Assembly (NCBI GenBank): GCA_051003195.1
Contig: JBPCLP010000050.1
Location: forward strand, 1-41,551
DNA length: 41,551 nucleotides
Direction of reading: 5' to 3'
From: Candidatus Sumerlaeaceae bacterium
Lineage (GTDB): Bacteria; Sumerlaeota; Sumerlaeia; Sumerlaeales; Sumerlaeaceae
Both the position numbers and the translations under genes were made by a program. The notes beneath the pieces are model-generated. The model did not search any database and was not told where the DNA came from. It saw only the letters and a program-made list of their open reading frames with translations. Position 1 is the first letter of the stretch. The number at the start of each line of letters is the position of its first letter. Positions 18,469 to 27,615 of this stretch are shown one piece after another.

Positions 18469-20543
18469 TAGCTGAACAGAATCCCGCGAACATCTTGTGG
18501 CAGCCGACGAACGATCTGCTTTGCAATCTGCTCCAACTCTCTCTCATCTTCCACATCGTAAGGCTGAAAGTGACACACCTTGTTTCGTATTTCGGAAAAA
18601 GTCTCCAGTCGCGGCCGGTCTGCATATGTCATCTTTGTCCCCAGCAATGGTGAATGTTTCAGAAGAAAGTTTACATCTGATCTAAATGATCGATAGGCTT
18701 CGCCTCGAGAAGCCGGACCGTAATGTCCACGTCTATTCGCTCCCTCGGCAGCTTGACGCATGTCCGCCTCGTATTTCCCGCGCAACTCCGCACTGCGTTC
18801 GATTGCGTTGTCTATGCAGCGGCGTACCGCAGTCTCTACCCAATGTATATACGCAAAAGAACGCAAGTAAGGTGCAGCGCACCGAGCGACTTCCAAATTA
18901 TGTATGAGACCCCGCGACTTTTCTGGTAAATTGGATACCTCAAAACCGTACTCATGAAGTCCATCAACAAGCTCCGTCAGGATTACTTCCGCTTCTGCAG
19001 AACTGCCGGGCCGTTGGGTGATCAGTTGCGCTTCGGCTTTGGCTTCGAAGCTTTCGATCAGGTCCTGCAACTCTGCCTCATCGCGTAGTTGCAGACGTTT
19101 TTCATAGGTAGCGAGTTGAACTTCAGCTTCCGTTTCAACGCATTCGATGAGCTGCTGCAGCTCTTTTTCACTGTATCTTTCCGCCCGATTAGTTTTGAAC
19201 GTTTCAACTTGAAAACAAGCCATTTTACGCAATATCTGCTTCCCATGCGAGGGCTCAACATCCTCGAGCCAATCGAGAAGGGCGTCAGAGTACCAGTGGT
19301 CGAGGCGATCAGGAGGAATTGTCGCAGCACAAAGGCTTGCTGCCAGTTTCTGCATCCTTTGCGGCGAACGCTCCGGCTGCTCCATATATACCGAAATTGC
19401 ATGTAGCCAAACATCTGTATGTTCGGGAAACTCTTCGGCGAGCTTAAGCACTTCTTCCAACTCGTTTCTCCCCAGGAACTCGGCTGCCTGGCTCGTGAGT
19501 AGTGCCAAGTACAGTATCGCCTCGCCCGCTGTGTACATCGGTACGCAGGGGGAAAGGGCTATATCTTCTGCTGAGCCACGCTCTCTCAGTTCAACCACTG
19601 CAGCTTCTATCGCGTCGCGAGTCAGTTTCACCTCGAGCTTTAGAAGCTCCGCGTCATCGGGATCGGATTCATTGACCCGATGCTGCAATGCCTTCAGCGC
19701 GCTCCATACATTGCTATTTGTCAGCTGAAAATAAAGGCCGGCGAATCCGTGATTGGTTAGTGCAAGCGCCAGCAGGAGCGGAACTTCAAAAGGAGGTTCC
19801 ACTCCTGCTGGCCACTCCTCGCCAGGAAATTTTTCAAACGCGGGAAAGCCACAGGTATTTGCGAGTGGTACAAGCAGTGCACGAGCTATAACCTGTAGGT
19901 CGGGCCAAGCGAACTCCCATTCCTGGAACTCGGACTTCGGGCCCCAGAACTCATTTGCTCCTTGCTGAACATTGGCTCCAAAGCGATGTTGCGGGTCGTA
20001 GACGAGTCTTCCGATTTTCTCTAGCACCTCTTTTGCGCCGTTTACTGCGTCGGCATCGAAAGTGACAGGAACGTCGTGCAACTGATACAGCTCATAAAAG
20101 TTTAGAACTTCCACAACGCCAGGGATTCTAAGAAGATCAGCGGCCAAGGTGCCGAGCGGAGGAGGAACGAACTCAGCGGCGAGACGAAACCTCTCTGCCA
20201 ACGGAATCTCACTGGTGCCAAGGAGCAACTCGACAAACTGCAGGTGAACTGTCGGAGATCCCGGCTTCCCCCGCACACGGAGCACGAACGAAGAAGGCGA
20301 GTCATCGGAGCCTACGCGGTCACTCGGAGCAAGTAGTGCCTGAAGATCCACCATTACCTGGCTGCTATGGGATAGAGCATTTCGCAGCCACAGATCTGCA
20401 GTGAACCCCGAGCTGGCGTACACAGGCTCGTTCAGCAGTTCCGGTTCGGCCTCAAAAACGAGCACGAAGAGTTCGCGCAGCTTGCTCGAGATAGATCTTA
20501 GATAGCGGCGCTCTTTATCCGTAAATTCAATGGGTAGTGACAT
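18468..20543 (-). CDS. Large helical protein with a C-terminal Swt1/Abi-like HEPN domain
   Basis: C-terminal AYIHWVETAVRRCI...LETFSEIRNKVCHFQP (E...R-x4-H), with a second RNALSH near the N-terminus. The stop overlaps the EEP start (TAATG). Start set at ATG 20543; the ORF is open to 20660. Confidence 0.7.
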   Translation of the reverse strand: MSLPIEFTDKERRYLRSISSKLRELFVLVFEAEPELLNEPVYASSGFTADLWLRNALSHSSQVMVDLQALLAPSDRVGSDDSPSSFVLRVRGKPGSPTVHLQFVELLLGTSEIPLAERFRLAAEFVPPPLGTLAADLLRIPGVVEVLNFYELYQLHDVPVTFDADAVNGAKEVLEKIGRLVYDPQHRFGANVQQGANEFWGPKSEFQEWEFAWPDLQVIARALLVPLANTCGFPAFEKFPGEEWPAGVEPPFEVPLLLALALTNHGFAGLYFQLTNSNVWSALKALQHRVNESDPDDAELLKLEVKLTRDAIEAAVVELRERGSAEDIALSPCVPMYTAGEAILYLALLTSQAAEFLGRNELEEVLKLAEEFPEHTDVWLHAISVYMEQPERSPQRMQKLAASLCAATIPPDRLDHWYSDALLDWLEDVEPSHGKQILRKMACFQVETFKTNRAERYSEKELQQLIECVETEAEVQLATYEKRLQLRDEAELQDLIESFEAKAEAQLITQRPGSSAEAEVILTELVDGLHEYGFEVSNLPEKSRGLIHNLEVARCAAPYLRSFAYIHWVETAVRRCIDNAIERSAELRGKYEADMRQAAEGANRRGHYGPASRGEAYRSFRSDVNFLLKHSPLLGTKMTYADRPRLETFSEIRNKVCHFQPYDVEDERELEQIAKQIVRRLPQDVRGILFS

Positions 20544-20717
20544 GGAATTATACTGCCGTATTTCACCTTCAGCAGCAAGAGAAATCCTGAGCCGTATCCT
20601 GTTTCTAGCGAAATAGCTGGTTATCCAAGCTGTATTAGAAATTGGCTGCTTGGGGCACATTCACGCATTTCCCCACTAACAATCGCACGAATTTAAACGA
20701 ACGTGGTATCTGGCTGT

Positions 20718-20915
20718 ATGAAAGAGGGCTTGCGCCTTCGCGCATTCAAATCCCACGCAGATCTCGACGAGTTTGATCGCAGGGAAATGCGCCGCATGAC
20801 ACCCGAGGAACGGCTTGACCTGCTGGAACACCTCCGGCTGCAATCGGCTCAGATCTTCGGCTATGAATACCCCGCCCCCTTTCAGCGCGTTATTAGAATT
20901 ATTCGAAAAGCATAA
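20718..20915 (+). CDS. Small protein upstream of a nucleotidyltransferase (MTPEERL type)
   Basis: F.SH.D...DR.E...MTPEERL..LE.LR pattern, overlapping the downstream NTase gene. Confidence 0.7.
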   Translation: MKEGLRLRAFKSHADLDEFDRREMRRMTPEERLDLLEHLRLQSAQIFGYEYPAPFQRVIRIIRKA

Positions 20916-21318
20916 GGTCGTTTTTGTCATTATTGGTGGGTATGCTGTTACCTACCATGGGCATCCTCGTTTGACCAAAGACCTGGACTTATTGTACGAA
21001 TATACTAACGAGAATGTCACCCGGCTTCGTTCCGCACTAATCGATTTCGCGTTCTCTCCCGAAGAATTGACCGATGATCTATTCGAAAAGGGCACCGTGG
21101 TGGCGTTCGGGCGCGAACCGAATCGCGTCGATTTACTCAACACCATTGATGGCGTCGATTTCGAAACGGTTCTGAATGGAGCTGTCCAGGGGAATTGGAA
21201 TGCAACGCCAGTTAAGTATATTGGCCGAGAGGAACTGCTGGCGAATAAGCTCGCATCGGGCAGGCCTGAAGATCTCCACGATGTAGCGAAATTGAGAAAG
21301 CTATTCGAAGAGACGTAG
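20863..21318 (+). CDS. Nucleotidyltransferase-family protein (DUF6036-like)
   Basis: FVIIGGYAV..HG.PR.TKDLD (GG...DxD) and L..NK.ASGRPED..D motifs. Confidence 0.88.
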   Translation: MNTPPPFSALLELFEKHKVVFVIIGGYAVTYHGHPRLTKDLDLLYEYTNENVTRLRSALIDFAFSPEELTDDLFEKGTVVAFGREPNRVDLLNTIDGVDFETVLNGAVQGNWNATPVKYIGREELLANKLASGRPEDLHDVAKLRKLFEET

Positions 21319-21532
21319 CTGCAACTTTTGTGGCCAAGCATGGAAAGCGAACAGGGAAAGCCGAAGAGCGAAATGGTTGCAGCCTACTCGGTCGGCAGGT
21401 GAAATTGTAGTCGAAGGTTTGATCATTATCTCGAAGTCCGTATTCAGTGTCAGATTTCCGAAAGTATGGAACCAGGAATGCCTTCACTTCTCTCTGGCAA
21501 TCCGCCATCCCGCCTCGTAACCAAATCGTCAC

Positions 21533-23596
21533 ATGAGTACTTCACCCGACCATAAACACACGAACCGCCTGGCGAACGAGACATCCCCTTACCTGCTTCA
21601 GCACGCGCACAACCCCGTGGACTGGTACCCCTGGGGCCAGGAAGCTTTCGATAAGGCACGCGCGGAGAACAAGCCGCTGCTGATCTCGATCGGCTACTCG
21701 GCCTGCCACTGGTGTCACGTGATGGAGCGCGAAAGCTTCGAGGATGAAGAGATCGCGAAAATCATGAATGAAACCGCGGTCTGCGTCAAAGTGGACCGCG
21801 AAGAACGCCCCGACGTCGACACCATTTACATGAACGCGTGCATGGCAATGACGGGACAGGGCGGCTGGCCTCTTAATGCATTCGTGACTCCTGACCTGAA
21901 GCCGTTTTTCGTCGGCACGTATTTCCCGCCCGATAACCGTTATGGCCGTCCAGGATGGCGGATGCTGCTGGAGCGCATCCGCGAAGCGTGGGTGACGGAA
22001 GGCTCCCAGTTGACGGAACAGGCCGAAGCGTTGCACCGGCAGGTCGAACTCTACACACGCACATCCGGCCGCGAAGCCATTGATAGCGGTGTGATGGAAC
22101 TTGCGGTTCGCGAAGCGTCGACCAGCTTTGACTTAAAATACGGCGGGTTCGGCAACGCGCCGAAATTCCCGCCCGACACCCGACTCGCAATGCTGCTCGC
22201 GGCGCACCATGACCTCGGTACATCCACTGCGCTCGAAATCGTGACCAAGACGCTCGATGCGATGGCTTATGGAGGCATGTACGACCAGATCGGTGGTGGG
22301 TTCGCGCGCTACTCGGTAGACGCCATGTGGCTAATCCCGCATTTTGAGAAGATGCTCTACAACCAGGCGCTGCTGGTGCCTGTCTATCTCGACGCGTTCC
22401 TTCTAACCGAACGTCCGCTCTATCGAAGGATTGCTATCGAGACCATCGAGTGGGTGCTGCGTGAGCTGACTTCACCGGAAAGCATGTTCTTCTGCGCATA
22501 CGATGCGGACAGTGAAGGGGAAGAGGGAAAGTTTTACGTGTGGACGCCGGGCGAGGTCGAGCAGGTGCTCGGTAAAGCAGACGGGGAGTTCTTCTGCGAG
22601 TACTATGGCATCACCGAACGCGGCAACTTTGAGCATGGCACCAGCAACCCGCATGTATCGGTGCCGCCTGAGGAGTTTGCAAAAGAACACCAGGTGACTC
22701 CCGAGGAACTGATTGCCCGCATCGCGCCGCTGAAGCTGAAGATGCGCGATGCGCGAAGCAAACGGGTATGGCCCGGCCTCGACGACAAGTGCCTTACAAG
22801 CTGGAATGGCCTGATGATCACCGCGCTTTGCCGCGGGTTCCAGGTGACAGGGGATGAGCGGTACCTGGACGCTGCCCGCAAATCGGCGGACGCCATCCTG
22901 ACCTGGCAATGCAGCGGTGAAGCGCTGCTCCGGTCTTTCTCGAAAGGACAGTCGAGGATCGAAGGCGTGCTCGACGATTATGCATTTCTAATCGGCGGCC
23001 TCATTGACCTCTACGAATCGTGTTTTGATCTCAAGTACCTGAACGCTGCGAACGGGCTTGCCGATGGCATGGTGCGCCGGTTCCTGGATGCGGACCGCGG
23101 CGGGTTCTACTTTACTGCCGGGCAAGATGCCTCGTTGATCTCCCGCACGCGCGAGACACATGACGGCGCGCTGCCTTCCGGCAACTCGGTGGCGATACTT
23201 TGTCTACTGCGGCTGGCGGTGTTCTTCGACCGGACAGATTTCCGTGCGATTGCGCAAAAGTCGATCGAGGCAGATGGCCGCGGCGCGAATTCGCACCCAA
23301 GCGCGTTCGCCTCGCTGGTACTCGCCAACCGCTTCGCTTCCGGCAAGACGCCGCAGATTGTCATTGCCGGGGCGGATCCCGCTGCGCGGCAGGATTTAGT
23401 CGATGTCGCATGGCGCACCTACCTCCCGTCTCGCAGCATCGTATTGGCGGACACCGAGGCCGAGAAGACGATGCCCGTATTGCACGGTAAAACCACGTAC
23501 AATCCGACCGCCTACGTGTGCTTTCAATACACCTGCCAGGCTCCTGTGCACACCGTCGTCGAACTTCAGAAACAGCTTGGGCCCCGCATTCCATAG
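21533..23596 (+). CDS. Thioredoxin-domain/six-hairpin protein, YyaL/SSP411 (DUF255) family
   Basis: [48 protein letters not shown] and DADSEGEEG motifs. Confidence 0.96.
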   Translation: MSTSPDHKHTNRLANETSPYLLQHAHNPVDWYPWGQEAFDKARAENKPLLISIGYSACHWCHVMERESFEDEEIAKIMNETAVCVKVDREERPDVDTIYMNACMAMTGQGGWPLNAFVTPDLKPFFVGTYFPPDNRYGRPGWRMLLERIREAWVTEGSQLTEQAEALHRQVELYTRTSGREAIDSGVMELAVREASTSFDLKYGGFGNAPKFPPDTRLAMLLAAHHDLGTSTALEIVTKTLDAMAYGGMYDQIGGGFARYSVDAMWLIPHFEKMLYNQALLVPVYLDAFLLTERPLYRRIAIETIEWVLRELTSPESMFFCAYDADSEGEEGKFYVWTPGEVEQVLGKADGEFFCEYYGITERGNFEHGTSNPHVSVPPEEFAKEHQVTPEELIARIAPLKLKMRDARSKRVWPGLDDKCLTSWNGLMITALCRGFQVTGDERYLDAARKSADAILTWQCSGEALLRSFSKGQSRIEGVLDDYAFLIGGLIDLYESCFDLKYLNAANGLADGMVRRFLDADRGGFYFTAGQDASLISRTRETHDGALPSGNSVAILCLLRLAVFFDRTDFRAIAQKSIEADGRGANSHPSAFASLVLANRFASGKTPQIVIAGADPAARQDLVDVAWRTYLPSRSIVLADTEAEKTMPVLHGKTTYNPTAYVCFQYTCQAPVHTVVELQKQLGPRIP

Positions 23597-23801
23597 AGCG
23601 CGATCTTGCGTCATTCGCCTTAATTTGCGGTGCTTGTGTATCAAGTATGCGCGGCCTGTGTAGCTTCCCTTCGGAACAGTTCTACCACGCATTTCGCCTG
23701 GCTGCCACCGCAAGCCCGAGCGACGTACGGACCTACAGGCAGCAAAAGCGAACAGGCCAGGCTGGCCGGTGTTGGCGCTGCAATCGGCAAGGAGACCATA
23801 G

Positions 23802-24185
23802 ATGGCAAGGAACGTTGGAATTTGGATCGACTACAGCGAGTGCGTAATTTCGTTTCCCGATGAAGGCGACTACATCCGCCGGATCATGTCACGCGCCGGG
23901 CTTCGCCTGCGTACTACCGCCGATGCAAAGGCCACGGCCGCAGCCATGCGCGATCCCCGCATTCGTGAGCGCCTGACGAAGTATTACCAGGAAGTCATCA
24001 GCTGCGTTCACAGCGCTGACGCCATCCTCATCTTTGGGCCGGATGAAGCCAGTATCGAACTGCAGAAGCACATGGTGGAAGCGGGCCTCGGCGAACGCAT
24101 CCGCTCGGTGGAGACCGCCCCCAAGATGAGTACACGCCAGATCGTTGCGAAAATGGTGGAGTGTTTCGAGGACGTGCCGGCGTAG
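23802..24185 (+). CDS. eRF1-like/baeRF (host-attachment-like) small protein
   Basis: VGIWID, YYQEVI...ILIFGPDEA..EL and VETA.KMS..QIVA motifs, with an AAGGAG RBS. Confidence 0.75.
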   Translation: MARNVGIWIDYSECVISFPDEGDYIRRIMSRAGLRLRTTADAKATAAAMRDPRIRERLTKYYQEVISCVHSADAILIFGPDEASIELQKHMVEAGLGERIRSVETAPKMSTRQIVAKMVECFEDVPA

Positions 24186-24315
24186 TTTCACTTTGCCGGC
24201 CTGGTGATCTGAACAAGATTCATTCGGCTGTTTTTTTAATTCTTGAAGTTGCGCCTTCCCTGGCATGATTCACGGCTGCAATCACGCCACGCAATCTTTT
24301 GCCTTGGAGGCGCGC

Positions 24316-27300
24316 ATGAGTTCGGGAAAACTGGGCTGCGCTGTAACTGCTTGTTTATTGATGCAGTCCGTCGCGCTGGGGCAGACTCCTGTCACGACTG
24401 TGCTGGAGAATTTTGAAGGCGGCGGAACTCACGCAGCGAGTGCCGTCACCGCAACGAACTCTTCCTCCGGCGGCGCGAGTAATTCGACTTTCGCCAATGT
24501 GACAGAGGGCGGTTCCAAGCGCCTGAAGATGACCGACGTCGACGGTACCTACAACGGCGGGTACATGGTGTTTACCGGTGCGATCCCCCAGGCGGGTTAC
24601 TATTTGTTTACCGGCGATGTGAAAGTGGACAACCCAAGCAGCCTCAGCACGTTTGGCGTGGCAATCGCCCCCGGCGCACCGTCCAGCGCTAAAGTTTCCG
24701 ATCTGAACGCCGGCTATGTGATGAACCTGGCCGGCACTGGTGATGCAGCGCTTGGATACCAGACAATTGGCGCGGCGATCAACGTCCCTGCCGGCGGCAC
24801 CTTCCCGCGTGACCTGATCTTTTATTTCGGCACCGATCCTTCGGGTAACGGCTACAACGCATCCGCGTATGACGGTAATTATAATGGTGGCCACCGCAAC
24901 GGTACAGCGACATGGGCTGCCTCCAGCGCGAATGCTGTCTACCTCGACAATATTAAACGGATTGGCCCGGGCAAATTCGGCGAGGAGCGCCACCTTTGGA
25001 TTTCAGTCTACGACAACATGACAAATCTGACCAACCTGGAAAATCTGCTGGTCCAGGCGAAGAACAATAACTTTAACTGCGTCGACATCCTTGCACGGTA
25101 CCGGGCGAACGCCTTCTATGTCCCTAATCGCTCGAACTCAACGTACCCAAATCCGGAACCCTTTGCATCGTCCGGTGGAAAAAGTGCGAGCGCCAGCAAC
25201 GATCCCATTCAGTATGCGATTGACCGTGGACACGAACTGGGGCTGAAGGTGTTTGTATCGTTTGGCTGTTTCCTGGTTTCGGATACGAGTTCTTATCCGT
25301 CCTATGTTCCGTCCGGCAGCATCATGCATTACTACAATGGTGGCGCACCTCGCGCCATGCTCACAGGTGATCCAAGTGCGGAAGGATTATGGGCGGACCC
25401 GAGTCGTGCAGATGTTCGCAATTACACTCGTAACGTGTTAATGGACTTTGTTTCGAACTACGATGTAGACGGCGTGATCTTCGACCGCATCCGATATCCA
25501 TCCAGCCAGTACAGCTACAACCCGACAGGATTGGCAGAGATGGGAATCAGTGGTACACCTGCGCCAACGGATGCAGCGTTCCGGGAAGCGCGCAAAAACG
25601 CGATCACCACGTTCCTGGGTTCAGCCTACGAAGCCGCGACCACGCTAAAACCGTGGCTTATTGTCGGAACCGTCCCGATCGCATACGCCAGCGATCTCGG
25701 CAGCACCTATAATAGTGTGTTCCAGTTCTGGCCAAAGTGGCAGAGCCGCAAGACGTCTAACCGCGTCGTGAGCTTTGGATGCTGTGATCTTTACCAGCCG
25801 CAGTTCTACCGGTTGTGGAATTCAACGGGTTACGAAGCGCCGGCCAGTAACACCACCCTGATGAACAAGGCGCAGTACGGCGACATTGCTGCCTACAACC
25901 TCGACTTCGGGCTGATGCCCGGTGCGCTGAGCGGCCTGGCTCCGCTGTTTTACCATCCGAATACAGGCGACGTAAATCAGTCCAACGCGAACGCACAGAA
26001 CATTACCGATGGACGTGGATTGGCGATGACTGGTTTCGGTCTCTTCAAGGCGAGCGAGACGCTGACAGACATCAGTTACATCCGGCAGCCTGGTGCGTCG
26101 AGCGCTGGGGTCGATGTCCTGGGCACTGGGGCCGCGCAGCCGGATTACCTGTTCAAGGCCGGGTATGACAACCTTAAGCCGAATGCCGTTACCAATTTCG
26201 CAGCTGCTCCGCAAGCAGATGGAACTGTGAACCTGACGTGGACGGCTCCCGCTGTTGCAAGCGATGGAGATGGCGCTGCAAATTACCTGCTCTATCGAAC
26301 GCAAACGTCTCCGGTGAAGGAGTACTGGTCCAACCTGCTCACCCAGCAGACGATTGCAGGTTCATCCACTTCCTATCTCGTACCAACCGACTATGCAGGT
26401 ACGTATTACTACAAGATTGTTACTGTTGATAACTATAACAATCATTCCACAGCGGTGCAAATCGGACCATACACGGTATCCGGTGAACCTGCTCCGCCGG
26501 CGGACGTGATCGTAGATAATCCAGCCACTGTAATCACGGGCACGTGGAGCTCCGCCAGCTCGGCAGCGGACAAGTACGGTGCGGACTACCGTTACAAAGG
26601 CCCGGGAACCGGAAGCGCCGCAGTCGCTTTCAACGCGAGTCTTCCCACGACGGGTCTTTGGAACGTGTACGAGTGGCACAGCGTGGGATCGAACCGCGCG
26701 ACCAACGCGCGGCACACGATCACTCGCTCGGGCGGCTCTGATCTTGTGACAGTAAACCAGACGCTGAACGGCGGAAAATGGAACCTGCTGGGGCAGTACA
26801 GCTTCAATGGTTCAACGGGCTACAGCGCCACCATCGACGATAACTTCAGTGGTACTGTCGTCATCGCAGACGCGATTCGCTGGGAGTATGTAGTTCAAGC
26901 GCCTGCGGCCCCGGCAAACCTTTCAGCGTTCCGTGTAAGTGGCACACAAGTGAATCTCAACTGGACCGACAACGCCAGCAATGAACGCAATTATCTGGTT
27001 GGCCGCGCAACCTCTGCAGGCGGACCATTCACGGACGTCGCAGCTTTGGGAATAAATGTTACTTCCTGGAGCGATACCGGACTGAACGCCGGCACTGTTT
27101 ACTATTACCAGGTCCGTGCGCAGAATTCCGGCGGCACCTCCGCCGCATCGAACACAGCAACGGCGCCCACCATGCCAGCCGACGTTATCGTAGATAATAC
27201 GGATGCTGGCTTTACCAAGTCGACAAACTGGATATATGGCACCTCCGCAACGGACAAGTATGGCGCCGATTACTGGTACCGAAGTACTGCGTCGGTTTCG

Positions 27301-27579
27301 GACGCGGCAACGTGGAACTACTCGGTTCCGCAAACACGAAACTATGAGATTTACGCCTGGTGGAGCCAGGGAACCAATCGCTCGACGACCGCGCCTTACA
27401 TCGCATACCACGGTGGCGGCAGTACCACCGTTTATAAAAACCAGCAAACCGGCGGAGGAGCCTGGCAAAGCCTTGGTACCTTCAGCTTAAACGCCGGCAC
27501 CAACCAGGTGAAACTGTCGTGCTGGACGGCAGCAGGATTTTTTGTCATCGCGGACGCTGTCAAAATTGTAGCGCGTTAA
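24316..27579 (+). CDS. Secreted GHL10 (DUF187/YddW-like) glycoside hydrolase-like protein with FN3 and two golvesin/Xly-CBD-like domains
   Basis: Signal peptide after a GGAGG RBS; DPIQYAI...H..GLKV and YDVDGVIFDRIRYP; FN3 (WTDNASNE...YYYQVRA.N.GG.S); two VIVDN...YGADY...IADA(I/V) modules. Confidence 0.85.
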   Translation: MSSGKLGCAVTACLLMQSVALGQTPVTTVLENFEGGGTHAASAVTATNSSSGGASNSTFANVTEGGSKRLKMTDVDGTYNGGYMVFTGAIPQAGYYLFTGDVKVDNPSSLSTFGVAIAPGAPSSAKVSDLNAGYVMNLAGTGDAALGYQTIGAAINVPAGGTFPRDLIFYFGTDPSGNGYNASAYDGNYNGGHRNGTATWAASSANAVYLDNIKRIGPGKFGEERHLWISVYDNMTNLTNLENLLVQAKNNNFNCVDILARYRANAFYVPNRSNSTYPNPEPFASSGGKSASASNDPIQYAIDRGHELGLKVFVSFGCFLVSDTSSYPSYVPSGSIMHYYNGGAPRAMLTGDPSAEGLWADPSRADVRNYTRNVLMDFVSNYDVDGVIFDRIRYPSSQYSYNPTGLAEMGISGTPAPTDAAFREARKNAITTFLGSAYEAATTLKPWLIVGTVPIAYASDLGSTYNSVFQFWPKWQSRKTSNRVVSFGCCDLYQPQFYRLWNSTGYEAPASNTTLMNKAQYGDIAAYNLDFGLMPGALSGLAPLFYHPNTGDVNQSNANAQNITDGRGLAMTGFGLFKASETLTDISYIRQPGASSAGVDVLGTGAAQPDYLFKAGYDNLKPNAVTNFAAAPQADGTVNLTWTAPAVASDGDGAANYLLYRTQTSPVKEYWSNLLTQQTIAGSSTSYLVPTDYAGTYYYKIVTVDNYNNHSTAVQIGPYTVSGEPAPPADVIVDNPATVITGTWSSASSAADKYGADYRYKGPGTGSAAVAFNASLPTTGLWNVYEWHSVGSNRATNARHTITRSGGSDLVTVNQTLNGGKWNLLGQYSFNGSTGYSATIDDNFSGTVVIADAIRWEYVVQAPAAPANLSAFRVSGTQVNLNWTDNASNERNYLVGRATSAGGPFTDVAALGINVTSWSDTGLNAGTVYYYQVRAQNSGGTSAASNTATAPTMPADVIVDNTDAGFTKSTNWIYGTSATDKYGADYWYRSTASVSDAATWNYSVPQTRNYEIYAWWSQGTNRSTTAPYIAYHGGGSTTVYKNQQTGGGAWQSLGTFSLNAGTNQVKLSCWTAAGFFVIADAVKIVAR

Positions 27580-27615
27580 TCAGACTGCGAACTGAACGAT
27601 CAGCAGTACTACAGG

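Noticed and set aside
18468..20543. Calling the double R-x4-H protein Cas13
   Set aside because: There is no array, no cas1/cas2 and no recognisable Cas13 similarity; it is kept only as a hypothesis.
21212..21532. 106-aa minus-strand ORF between the NTase and the YyaL-type gene
   Set aside because: It overlaps the NTase 3' end and has no recognisable motif.
23097..23200. Internal repeats in the FG-GAP, YyaL-type and GHL10 genes as mobile DNA
   Set aside because: They are explained by protein-domain repeats and are not DNA-level duplications.
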